NCBI RefSeq assembly: GCF_964194025.1
Contig: NC_134471.1
Location: 19,654,001-19,718,000 of the forward strand
DNA from: Convolutriloba macropyga
Lineage: Eukaryota
Direction of reading: 5' to 3'
DNA length: 64,000 bases
The translations under genes and the position numbers were made by a program. The notes below the pieces were generated by a model. It ran no database searches. It had not been told where the DNA came from and saw only the letters and a list, made by a program, of their open reading frames with translations. Shown piece after piece: positions 50,901-62,180 of this stretch (positions within the stretch are counted from its first letter, which is position 1; each line of letters begins with the position of its first letter).

Positions 50901-52389
50901 TCTTATGAGACTTGAGTTGCAATTTGAATTGCGTTTCGGAGAGGAAATTTGTGACGCAAACTGATTTTAACATTTGATAAAAAATTAAGTGTAATCTTCT
51001 GGAGTAAAGTTCTAAAACTTTGTAATTAGGTTCAAAGATAGCAGAATCAGTTATTTTTTGATCAAAGAAGGAGAAATTGATTGTCGGAAGTAACACAGCT
51101 CACTAAGCAAGTTTCGTGGCCATTTGAATTGCAATTTGAAGACAGAATTTATGACGCGAATCGATTTAAAAAAAAATAAAATCATCTTTCTGAATAAACT
51201 TCAAAGCCACATCATGAAGCCTTTTTGTTTATATACATTACGATACTACCATTTGTGAGTTTTTGAGACAAATTTTTACGTAGTATCTTTTTTTAAAAAC
51301 AGCCAAATTGAATGGTTATTTAAAGCAATTTGCAATAGCTTTCTGATGAGTATAAAACCAGTGTAACTTACTAAATAGTGTAACGAAGTTGCCAAAAATG
51401 CAAAGAGGCAAGAGTTAAAGAACGCTTTTTAATTGCTCTTGAATGAATATGTTGTTGACCTATTTAATCTCGTCCCTTTCACCCTCTCGCAGAACTTAAA
51501 ACTAATCAATTACACAAATCGCTCTGATTGTTTTAACAAAAAGCCTCTCGATCAAGCATAGAAAAATTGAAAGAAAAATTTGATCAGTTTATCATCTTGA
51601 AACACTTATGACAACACTCTGGTATGAAACGCATAAAAAAGAAAACGTTTTGTTAATTCTCATGTCTATTTTCCCTACAAAATCTAAATTAACGCTGCCA
51701 ATAGCACAGTTGACTACATAGAAAAAACTTACCGAAATGTTAAAAATTGTTTTGCAACATTTTATATTATCATGTACAAGAAACTGCTGAATCGTGAGTT
51801 TGAAGAATCACTTAATTTATTAAGAGAGCAAAACTCGATACGTTAAAGGTAAATCTTATGAGACTTGAGTTGCAATTTGAATTGCGTTTCGGAGAGGAAA
51901 ATTGTGACACAAACTGATTTCAATCTTTGATAAAAAATTAATTGTAATCTTCTGGAGTAAATTTCTAAAACTTTGTAATTGGTTCCAAAGATAGCAGAAT
52001 CAATTATTTTTATCAAAGAAGGAGAAATCGATTGTCGGAAGTAACACAGCTCACTAAGCAAGTTTCGCGGCCATTTGGATTGCGATTTGAAGACAGAATT
52101 TATGACGCTAATGGATTTAACAAAATAAAATCATCTTTCTGAATAAATTTCAAAGCCACATCTTGAAGCCTTTTTGTTTATATACAAAAAGATACTACCA
52201 TTTATGAGTTTTTGAGACAAATTTTTACGTAGTTTCTTTTTTTTAATAACAGCCAAATTGAATGGTTTTTTAGAGCAATATGAAATAGCTTTCTGATGAG
52301 TATAAAACGAGTATAACTTAAAAGTGTAACGAAGTTGCCAAAAATGCAAAGAGGCAAGAGTTAAAGAACGCTTGTTAATTGCTCTTGAA
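41981..52389. repeat. Tandem array of 11 complete ~950-bp units (macrosatellite, 10.4 kb)
   Basis: Unit starts (atatgttgttga) at 41985, 42930, 43884, 44828, 45781, 46699, 47652, 48598, 49543, 50497 and 51447. Unit lengths 918-954 bp; units differ by several percent. Confidence 0.97.
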
Positions 52390-52794
52390 CGAAGTTCACA
52401 GCAATTATTGTAGAGGTGTGTGTCTTTTTTATGCAAAATTTTCGCTTGACAATTTTGACTTTTCGAGTGACTTTTACGTCCTTGACTTTTTGCGTTTTGC
52501 GTGATCTAAAATTTTCTCTCAATCACAATTTCAAGCAGCTAAAATCCAATTAGCGGCACTTTATTACTAAAAGTCAAATGAAAAGTGCGCCGAAACTGGT
52601 GCCATTTGTTACTTTAAATCTTATATACTGTGGTACATTTTAACCTCTAATGTGGTTATTTGAAGCCCACTATTGAACTTCTTAGTCCCATTTAGCCCCC
52701 CCCCCCCCCCGACTGAAGCAGGCTGCTGCAATTGATTAGAGCTCCCACTAGTCGTTCGAGAGCAATTATATCAACATTTAGTCGGTTATGTTTT
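52376..52794 (+). mobile_element. Best-preserved HINE family A copy (Helentron/DINE-1-like)
   Basis: 5' subTIR TAATTGCTCTTGAACG with adjacent inverted repeat AAGTTCACAGCAATTA; gtgtgtgtc microsatellite; C-run; 3' subTIR CGTTCGAGAGCAATTA at 52753-52768; terminal gtcggttatgtttt. Confidence 0.75.
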
Positions 52795-54458
52795 CAAGAA
52801 GTAATCCCATTCATTTAAGGTTTTGAAGATGGTTAGGTTTTAAGCGAATAATTTTTTTCGGTGGTTGATTTTTTTTCAGGGAAAAAATCGGCCATTTGTA
52901 TAATTTGTGTAAAGTAGTTTATATTTCTCAATTTCAGAAAAAAAATTGACCAAAAATATTATTACAATTGCCAAAAGAACCCAGAAAGTAGTTAAATTTT
53001 TGAAAGAATTTGTTACAAGAGAACTGTTTTTGTTATAGAAAGGATTGAGTAATGAACAAAATCTTGGAAAATGTGATCAATTTTTTTTTAATTTATGGCC
53101 AGATTAACCTTAATAGAGCCAAATTAGGCCGAAATTTTTGTCTTCACAAACCTTAGTCGAAAGCTAATTTCGTGAATTATATTGCGGCTGAAAGTTGAAT
53201 TCTAGACGTAGAGCTTTAAAATGATGCCATCAATGTATGTTATGATTTGACAACGGATTTGATAACAATGTGATCAATATCTAATTCGCAATTTTGACAA
53301 TTTTGAACTTTGAAAATATTTTCCACGCATTAACCTGAAAAATTCTTGTGGGGGCTAGATATACGTTTGCGCCATACAGATGTGAGTTGAATAAATAAAC
53401 TCCTTAACACAGTCTGTTTATAATGACCAGTTTGAGAATCTTTTGCCCCATTTAACGACTTAACAAACCATTAATTATTTGCCCTTTCCCTTGCGTCCAT
53501 GTCTACCGAAAAATTCTTTGAAAATCACTTTAATAAATAAACTGGCGATCTGTACAACTTAAACATTTCTGCTTCAAATCAAACAACAGTTTGTTTGAGA
53601 ACAGAGCTCAGCTTCAGAATAATAAAGACGCGATTGAAGTTTTACGACGCTTGTTCTGTTGATGTTTTAGTGTACTGTTTCGGGATTAATGATTTATATT
53701 GTTGTAAAGTTAAATTTAAAATTTATAATCAAGTGTAAATTATCAGCTTTTGTATTGAGTTTCACTTCCCGTACACCACCTGTTAATGTTTTTTGTATCA
53801 CGCCTTTTATTACACTTCTATCGCTAAAAGCGATACTTTTTACTGTTGCGAAACTTTCAGGTCCTTCCTGAGAACGATACGTAAAAAAGTTTTTTATATA
53901 TATTAACCAAGTTTGTTTTTTTTTGCAAAATAAAAACTGTCTCAATATTTGTTCATACGTCATTTCACACAAATAAACAGAAGAATCTTCATTTTTTTAC
54001 TGTCGGTTGAAGTGAAAAGACAAACGGATTTCAGCCAATCAGAATGCAGCATTTGCTTTAGTAATTCCTTCGCATATCTGAGCTTTAAAACCTCTTAAAA
54101 TACAATTCATTGAGCAAATTTAAAGTAACACAATTAAGCATTTGTCACAAATTGTAAAACAAAAGTCAACTTGAGTAAATTTTAACTTGCTCCCTAAAAA
54201 TTTACCTGGAATAATTTAAATTGATTGCTTCCATAAACAAAAGTAATTTTGCTCTTTCATCCAAAATTCCAGCAACATATCTAGTCTGTTTTATCCTGCT
54301 TTGCATTTTTGAAGTTGCATTAACAAATTTTGAAGCTAAAATTAATTGGAAAAACAAGCGTTTGTAGTCATAGCTACTGTTTACCAATTTGAAATTTGTT
54401 CATTTTTTGTTGCTTACTTGATTACAAATTCGACAATTACTGAAAAACGGTGTTTGGA

Positions 54459-54528
54459 ATGACGTTACTTCGGGGACTATCTTTCCCTGTTTTTGTGGTA
54501 CTGCTATGTGTACCGAACATTCGTTGTG
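54459..54528 (+). CDS. Eph: Eph receptor tyrosine kinase, exon 1 (signal peptide)
   Basis: MTLLRGLSFPVFVVLLCVPNIRC; donor g|gtaagt, phase 1. Confidence 0.65.
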
Positions 54529-55712
54529 GTAAGTTTCCAGTATATTTTAACATTTTCTAAATGAGGAAAATTATACTTGAATAACAATTAGATCCATCCG
54601 GTTATGGGACCATGGGTAATATATTTCAGTTTTTTAATGGTTTTTTTTTAAATTTTGCCGAATAGTCGTACCTCTTAAGCCATACAAAACATTATCGATG
54701 GAAACAAGCATTAGTTTGTTCGAACATGAGAACAAAAATTTTGTTTACCGGGAAAAAAAAGATAGATTTCCCCAGTTAGATTTTTATTACTCGATATTTA
54801 TCACCCTGAAAGGATAACCCTTTTCCAGTTTTGCGTCGTGTTCAATCAGTTATTCTTGTAGGAAATCTTTAATATTTTTCATTCAGTTTGTCAGTCATTT
54901 CTGCTGCTTTTTTAGAACACTGACGATACTTTATTTTTCAAGTAATTGTGGTATACCAACTTGCATCCGTCACAAATAATGTCAATTCCTTTCATTTTGA
55001 ATAAATATTAACAGAACTGATCGGGTGATCGGCCTTTAGTTTTAATTTTGGGTACGTATGATAGTTGTGATGTGATCAGGGAACCAAGTCAACCAGAGCT
55101 TGTTCCGCTCAAGTCACTGTTGGTGGAGTTTGTAAAAACTTGGTTTGATAGTTCCTTTTGGCACGATATGCCTCAGCTGCAAACCATCCAATTATAAACC
55201 TTTATCTATATACCAGAAATCAACATTTTGACGTAGTTCATCAATTTTTAAAGTTTTTTGATCACGCATCAAGGGGATAAGAACAAACTGAAAAGACGAT
55301 TTACGTTTTTAGAACTGAGGGCTATCGTAAAAATGGTTTGCGTTTGAAGCGTCACTCAGTAAAATGACAAGGTTGACAAGTTCTTTAACATTAACTGTTT
55401 CCTTTTTCTGACGTGAACGGTATTCTTGTTTATGTGAACAAGGTAATGGACATATGTTCCTATGTTTTTACCGCCCGTTAGAAGGGCTGCTAGCGCCATA
55501 CGTTAAAATTCGAAAACAATGCCCTCCACTTTTTCAAAAAATACAATTTTGGAAGAAAGGCTTTAATGAACCCTACCGGATACGGCATTAGTTATTATAG
55601 ATCTCTATTATAAAGTTGATTTAATAATATGATAGTTCAAATATTTCGACCATCAGTTATAGATACTCATTTTTGTTTTGTATTTTGAGGTGCTATTTTG
55701 TGATTGTTTCAG

Positions 55713-55789
55713 CTAAAGAGTACCTGTGGAACAAAAGGAGTGAATCATTTCAATCTCGACAAGCGACGGGTCATTCTGCCTTCAACAAG
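55713..55789 (+). CDS. Eph: Eph receptor, exon 2
   Basis: tttcag acceptor; AKEYLWNK...AFNK; phase 1 to 0, bridging exons 1 and 3 in frame. Confidence 0.6.
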
Positions 55790-56659
55790 GTATCATATTT
55801 ATTATAAGAAACATCATATTTATTCTCATAACCAGATGAAACTTGAATCGGTAGATTTTTTGGCAGTATAAACAAAAGACGCTTTCAATCAAACATGCTA
55901 ATTAAGTATCACTTTTATGTTTTTCTGGACGGCGTATTAATTGTAGTTTTGATACTCTGAGAAACCAGTTTTGGATTTTATTTATATTTTTGATTACTGG
56001 GTTGTGAATTTGTAACTGAGCTATGAGAAACTCAGTTATTTGGTCTGATAATTACGACAATTAGACTTTCAAAGATCATCTATGTATAAATACAAATGTT
56101 TTTATTCCTTTACTGGTTCACAGGTTGTTGTGAATATTTGAATTAATTTCTGTTATGACTTTTCATAGACGATGATTTTTTAATTAACTGCTCTTCACAA
56201 AAGTGGTCTATCTGTTCTAAGATCATAATAATGTTTAACTAATGTTTGTGACATGAAAGAAACTCATGTTTATGACATGATCTGTGAAACAATGATTCAT
56301 GGCCTTTTTTTTGTTTATTTTTTTACTTTCTCAGGTAACCGAGAGACTTTTTTTTTAATTTTGTTCAGATGTTAAGATGGGGTATAAAATCTCTTCATTT
56401 CTGTTCTTTGATTTGACACTTTTTATTTAGTTCTTACCTATTTATATTCGGGACAACAATAGACATTCTGTACAAAAAAATGCGGCCGTCAATTCGCGAA
56501 TTGCAAGAAATGCCAATTTTAGGAACTGAAGATAAGTTGAACTGCTGAAGCATGATTCATTGAACTGAAATTATTGCTGTTTATAAACATAGTTATTATA
56601 ACCAAGTTACTTGTCAATTTAAAAGTATTTAGCTTCCATTTAAAATCTGTTTTTTTCAG

Positions 56660-56847
56660 TGGGAGCAAGTGTATGACAACCAGCTAATGGGACAACAAGT
56701 GGCAGAAGGGGAAACTTTCTCAGTGTGTAATTTTGACAACTTGAACGGAGGGGTGTCCGGGCGAACAGCCGAAGCAGTCCAGAACTACCTGGTTTCGCCT
56801 CAGATCGCAGTTCCAGAACAAGCTTCTTTTGTTCAACTCAACTACAG
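56660..56847 (+). CDS. Eph: Eph receptor, exon 3 (ligand-binding domain, N-terminal part)
   Basis: WEQV...TFSVCN...QNYLVSPQI...FVQLNY, compare Eph WEE..TYQVCN..NNWLRT..YVELKF. Phase 0 to 2. Confidence 0.8.
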
Positions 56848-58145
56848 GTCAGTTCATTGTATTCTCTGTTTGTGGAGTTAAACCCCCACCAACCCCCCCC
56901 CCCCCCCTCCTCTCCACCCCCACAACCATACACATCACAGGCCCACACTCCTAAACAAAAACATCTCTCTTATAATACATTCACATTTATTTCGATGGGT
57001 TCACATTTTAAAAAGTTTAACTTGTACCAATTTCCTTAAAGAATGATGATTTTTAGGTTTGTATTTCGGGCTGATGTAACGAAATACGTCATAAATTTGT
57101 TTTCGTCTGTTTTCTGATTTATGCATTTTTAATGCGACAATTAACGCTACGCCGCAAGCGATAAATATAGTTAACTCCTCCGGTTCTGGAGATAAATTAT
57201 GCCTCATTTTTGTTTTCACTCCATTGCCAACTTTGCCCTAATTAAGTTGATTGATACAACCTCTTCGCTATACCAAAGTTCATTTCGCCAATGGGAAAAC
57301 TTAACTTGGGTTATACTTTCCCAATGGAGTCATGATTAGCGCTGCTTTCTTCCTGGTGTAATTTTCCCTCATTTTTTCGCCTAATCCTCACAAAAGCTGA
57401 TGAGAATCTTTTCATTGTTAGTTCAGTCCCGAGGTCAGCCTTGGAAATGAATAGCGTGCTGAACTCCCACTAATTTTGTTCATTTCCTGTGGAATATTTA
57501 GTTGATCATGCCTAATGTGGTGATAATCCGTGAAGACAACATTTAGGTGTCTAATTAGGGCTGAAATCTGTCAACTAAATCAAAACCACTTGCGGAATTA
57601 CTGAGACAAGGAAAACTTAATTAGAACGCATTTTCAGCTATTTAATTTCCTTAATGCTTCTTAATCCATAAATGAAAAATGCATTCTTTAATTTTGGGAA
57701 TTTTTTGATAGCTAAAAGCATAAGTGCCTAGTTTTTGAAGGCATTTACAATGAAATGAATTGAATTAGAAACGCGTTATCTTCTTCAAAGTTATTTTTTG
57801 CAGATAATTTTATTTGATGTTTTGAGTATTTATAAAAGCTTTCAAGACAATTTTGCAACGCTGTTACGCCTAACTGTTTCAAAAGGAGCAATTTCAACGT
57901 TTTAAAGGTTTCTTGAAAAATTAAATTTTCAAGGAAAAGAAATTTGTTGTTTGATGCAAATATTTAAAATTGATTACAAATTGTTTTGTTCTGAGATTCA
58001 ACATCCAATTATTAGAAAGCAACGGTCAGTTTAGGAGAAATAATTGAAGCCTGCACAACTGCTGAGGGTCATAAAATCCGCAAATTAAAGATTAAGAAAA
58101 GTTAAATAAATTTACGTATTATGATTTAAATAATTTTTGTTTTAG

Positions 58146-58660
58146 CATGGACATAACGAAGCCTAAAAGTATGTCAAGTTCGCTCAAAGTTCTCAAGTAC
58201 GAAACGTCGCGCTACATCGAAAGTGACATTGACCTCATAAAATTCGAATCGTTTGAGTTTGTGAACGGAGAGTATTTCGACATGCTGGATGGCAATGCCG
58301 TTTTGACAGTTCCTGTCAGGCAGAAATACGTCTTCATCGCTCTACACGATACCGGTTATTGTGGCTCAATTTCAATCCATTCTATTCACACAAATGTATG
58401 TCCGGAGCAACAATTTGGGTCAATTTTAATGCCCAAAACATATTCGCAACTGTCTAAGACGAGAATATCGCTCGATTCCCGGACGATCAGTTGCGCCCCA
58501 AACGCAAAGGTGTCAAATTTGGACGAGCAAATAGTGAAGTTTTGTCGTTTTGACGGAGTGTGGGAGAAACGAACCCCCGCCGAGCGAGATGAGGAGTTTT
58601 GCATCTGTCGACCTGGATACTATGGCGTTTTTGAGAAAGACGGAAAAATTATTTGCTCAC
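58146..58660 (+). CDS. Eph: Eph receptor, exon 4 (ligand-binding domain C-terminal part plus sushi/Cys-rich region)
   Basis: YVFIALHDTGYC...VCP (compare FYLAFQDxGAC..CP), CAPNA, FCRFDGVW, CICRPGY. Donor c|gtgagt; phase 2 to 1. Confidence 0.88.
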
Positions 58661-59815
58661 GTGAGTCTTCGCTAGTAGCACAATTATGCTATGTTTTTTA
58701 GGGGCCATTTGAAAACTTAGGAGGAAAATTAAGGTTTTGTCAAAGATCTTCTTGATTGATTTTGTTAAAAGTTTTGGTTTTTATTGATTCATAATTGATC
58801 ATTTTCATAATTGATAATATTCATAATTTATACTCGAAAAAAATCGTTTTTGATATTCTGTGAATATATTGCTAGTTATTGTTTTGAGTGTTTTTAGTGT
58901 TGACAATACTTCTTTAATCGTACTATGTTGTTGTTTTACCCACTTTTGAGGCGAGTAACAGGGTCAAGTAAACATCTTTTAGGTCGATTAGTAAACTTTT
59001 ATCACATTTTTGCCTAATTGTTATCCTCAGATGAGAGAATTCAAGGACTAAATTGAATTCCGTCCGTTATACTCGCGCCTTAATTCTCGCGCCGCTTTTT
59101 GCAAATTTTTAGGCCGTAGTTTGTTAATTTTAAGGATAAGAGGCTTTTTAGCCGCTTCTAAAATGAGCCCTTGATCTATCATTCGGTTCTAAAGTGCATT
59201 GTAGCATTGATGAGTGAACAAAAGGAGAAAAGCCCCAGGGTGAAAATTTAGTCCCTATTTTGGGCTTCTTTCGCTAAAAGGTGTCACTAGCTATCCCGCT
59301 ATGCGGCGCTCTAAGAGGCCTCTTGATAATTTGGAGTATCGTTCTGATATTGATTTTGGCGCCCGTGCTTCAAAGTGTTTTCAGAACGCTCCCCAGTGAA
59401 AATATTGCTGGGTGAAATGAGAAGGAAAGAACCCAATTCCTGGAAATGGCACTGTTCTATCTGCATATTTAATCCGTTTTATATGATGACATAAAATGAT
59501 TTCCACGTTTTATGTGGAAAGGCACAAAATAAGTTAAGATCAGGTGGGAATCATGAAAGTAATAAATTTTTGACAATTAATTTTTACTGCGGCATTTTCC
59601 CTGAATATGCGTGCCATCTTTCTTGACTTTTCCTTGTATTTGGTTGCGATTACTATGGAAGTAGCAGTTTTATTGAGTCATAAAGACATAATTACTGCGT
59701 GATAACCGTTTTCAGGCCAATCAGTATGTAATCATTAATAGGTCTCTTTTTATGACACGGAATTATGTTCTCCGTTTGCACGTATTTTAACCAGGAGCAT
59801 TTTGTTCATTTCCAG

Positions 59816-59987
59816 GATGCGCAGCTGGTGAGATTAAAAACGAGGCTGGCAATTCATACTGCAGAACGTGTCCGGTCAACTCGAGAGCTAACAGAGATCA
59901 GACATTTTGTGAATGCAATGATAAGTATTACAAGGCCGACAAGACCAGCCCATACATGAGTTGCTTCGCGCCGCCTATTTTGCCAGT
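59816..59987 (+). CDS. Eph: Eph receptor, exon 5 (EGF-like Cys-rich region)
   Basis: CAAGEIKNEAGNSYCRTCPVNS...CECNDKYYKADKTSPYMSCFAPP; phase 1 to 2. Confidence 0.88.
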
Positions 59988-60411
59988 GTTAGTTTTTTTA
60001 CCCTCACCTTGGATGGTTAAAGATGCTTCCTTAGTAAATGAACTAAATGAAATTTTCAGGCTATTTTCGAATAAGCTGAACCGCAATTACATCATTTACA
60101 TACATGTTTGTTAACTTTAGGGAACCAAATCTCTGAAAGAAGAATCTTACAAAATCTGATCTACTCGGTTTCAGAATGGATTTCGAATTCCTTATTCCTA
60201 CAATGTTATTGTAATAAAATGATTTAATCTAAAGACTTCATTTTAATTTAGATCCCAAGTCATCGCTAGATTTGAAAAGCCTTATCTAGTGATACCTTGA
60301 AACATGTTGAAATATTAAAGTCCGTTGTCCAAGCTCAATCCTGCGCCATTGTAGAGATGTAAGAGTATCTATGATGTCAACATTCGATGACTTGTAATTT
60401 TTCGTTTGCAG

Positions 60412-60532
60412 AAAAGTGAAGGCGCGTGTGACATTCACTAATGTGGAGATATCGTGGATTGAGCCAACGACAGTTCAGCCACAGTGGTACACTATCAAAT
60501 GTCTCTCATGTCGTGGCCAGGGGACCTCACAG
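60412..60532 (+). CDS. Eph: Eph receptor, exon 6 (FN3-1, first half)
   Basis: NVEISWIEP..WYTIKCLSC; phase 2 to 0. Confidence 0.8.
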
Positions 60533-60991
60533 GTACTTCAAAGTCCTTTTTCACTAGAATGTCTGAAAAGGACCACGTCTTGACGTCTTTTCATGTTCGA
60601 TTAATTACTGGAGTCAAAAATCTGAAAATGTCCAGAACTTATGTGTTCCAAATTGATCGCATGTTTCAACGATTAAAAAATTATTGAAAATTTAAACATA
60701 GAAAGCTTGAATCTTCGCTCCTTGAAACATTTATAGAATGAAGTCCGAATAATTTGATTGTTCTTCTTTCGTGATTAACTTTTGTCGAGATTCTGTGCAG
60801 ACATTTTCGAGTGATTGGTCAACATTATTGCTCCAGTTCCTACTGTATCGAGTTTCATCCATGAATCATCACCGACAGCATCAGGATTACCTTCTCAAAT
60901 ATAAATTCTTTCTCATTCTACAGTGATAATATCATACAGATAAAATTAGTCTATAGTTAGTTCTGTGTGTCTATGACTACTTTTCTTTAAG

Positions 60992-61154
60992 GTGTTCGAA
61001 GCTTTGTCAGCCGTGCAAGGCAATCCGATTGTGATCAAAGATCTGGAACCGGAGACGGATTACACTCTTGTGCTGGAAGTGCACTCGGCTGTCGTCGAAC
61101 CCAATGACCTCATTGTCCCAACTCACGAGATCAAATTCACCACGTCATACAAAT
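60992..61154 (+). CDS. Eph: Eph receptor, exon 7 (FN3-1, second half)
   Basis: IKDLEPETDYTLVLEV...FTT; donor t|gtaagt, phase 1. Confidence 0.8.
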
Positions 61155-61286
61155 GTAAGTTGCTCTAGTCTTCTTCGCCGCACAGATAGCTAAAATCTAC
61201 ACCATAAACACCCCCCACCCCATAGGTACCCCCCCCACGCCACACAACACCCACTGCACCGCCCCGAACCCGTTGAACCAAAAATA

Positions 61287-61397
61287 GGGCCTTTCCCATT
61301 ATAGCCCCCCAGCTTAGTGGTCAGATAACATATACCCCCCCCCCTCATCATGGTACATATACCATAATGGGGGGGGGGGGTATAATGGGAAGGATCC
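61287..61397. mobile_element. Small MITE-like element
   Basis: TIR-like gggcctttcccattata / tataatgggaaggatccc. Similar to 33497-33545. No clear TSD. Confidence 0.45.
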
Positions 61398-62073
61398 CAA
61401 ATTTAAATGTCAATATTAAAAGCGTCACCAACGTTTTGGCCAATTGATTTTTTTAGAGGATCGCGCTTCAAATGGATAATTTTTTTCCACTCTGTAAACC
61501 AAAGATTGTTGCGACATCGAATTAATTTTGCAAATGTATGTCAGCTTAGTCTTCCTTCACGTCATAAATTTGCAAAATCCCCCCCCCCCTCCCCAACCGC
61601 CCTGCCCACCCCGAACTCGTTGACCGAACCCGTTGACCCGTTGAATAAATGTCAGCAGCTTTAAAAGGTTCACCAAAGTTTTGGCTTATTGATTTTTTAA
61701 AATGATTTTGCAACAAATGGATAATTTTTTTCATCACTGTCGGCATCGAATTATAATTTTGCTTGCTGAATTTTGCCTGATGAACATATTCTATCCAGCT
61801 GATAACTATTGCTTAAGTAAATCGGTCTTAGTTATTTGCGTTACATGTACGTTTTGTCTAATACTTTACATGTACTGTTCAAGTTCAGGTGCTGATCAAA
61901 ATGACATTTAAAGTTCAGAATTAATGACATTACTAATCACTACTTTTCAATGAGGTGGAATTATGTAATCATTGTAGAATTTATAATTGAGGTAGTTTTA
62001 TAAATTTTACTTTCATCTTATGACAAATGATTCATTACTCATTCTGTCACAAATTTTTTCAATCTTTTTCCAG

Positions 62074-62180
62074 ACCTTTTTTTCACGGACGCGCCTAATG
62101 GGAAAACTTCACAAACATCTGTTTGTTTATCCATCTCGAATAACGGTTTTAGCGCTTCACAGAATTACTCAATTCAAAAT
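62074..62180 (+). CDS. Candidate Eph exon 8 (start of FN3-2)
   Basis: ttccag acceptor. The phase-1 frame is open: YLFFTDAPNGKTSQTSVCLSISNNG..YSIQN. Donor uncertain. Confidence 0.35.

Noticed and set aside
41981-52389. Array as CRISPR, or as repeated coding exons (recurring minus-strand ORFs such as MLSELCYFRQSISP...)
   Set aside because: No repeat-spacer alternation. Indels between units freely break the frames, and no LRR or other domain pattern appeared in the frames I examined.
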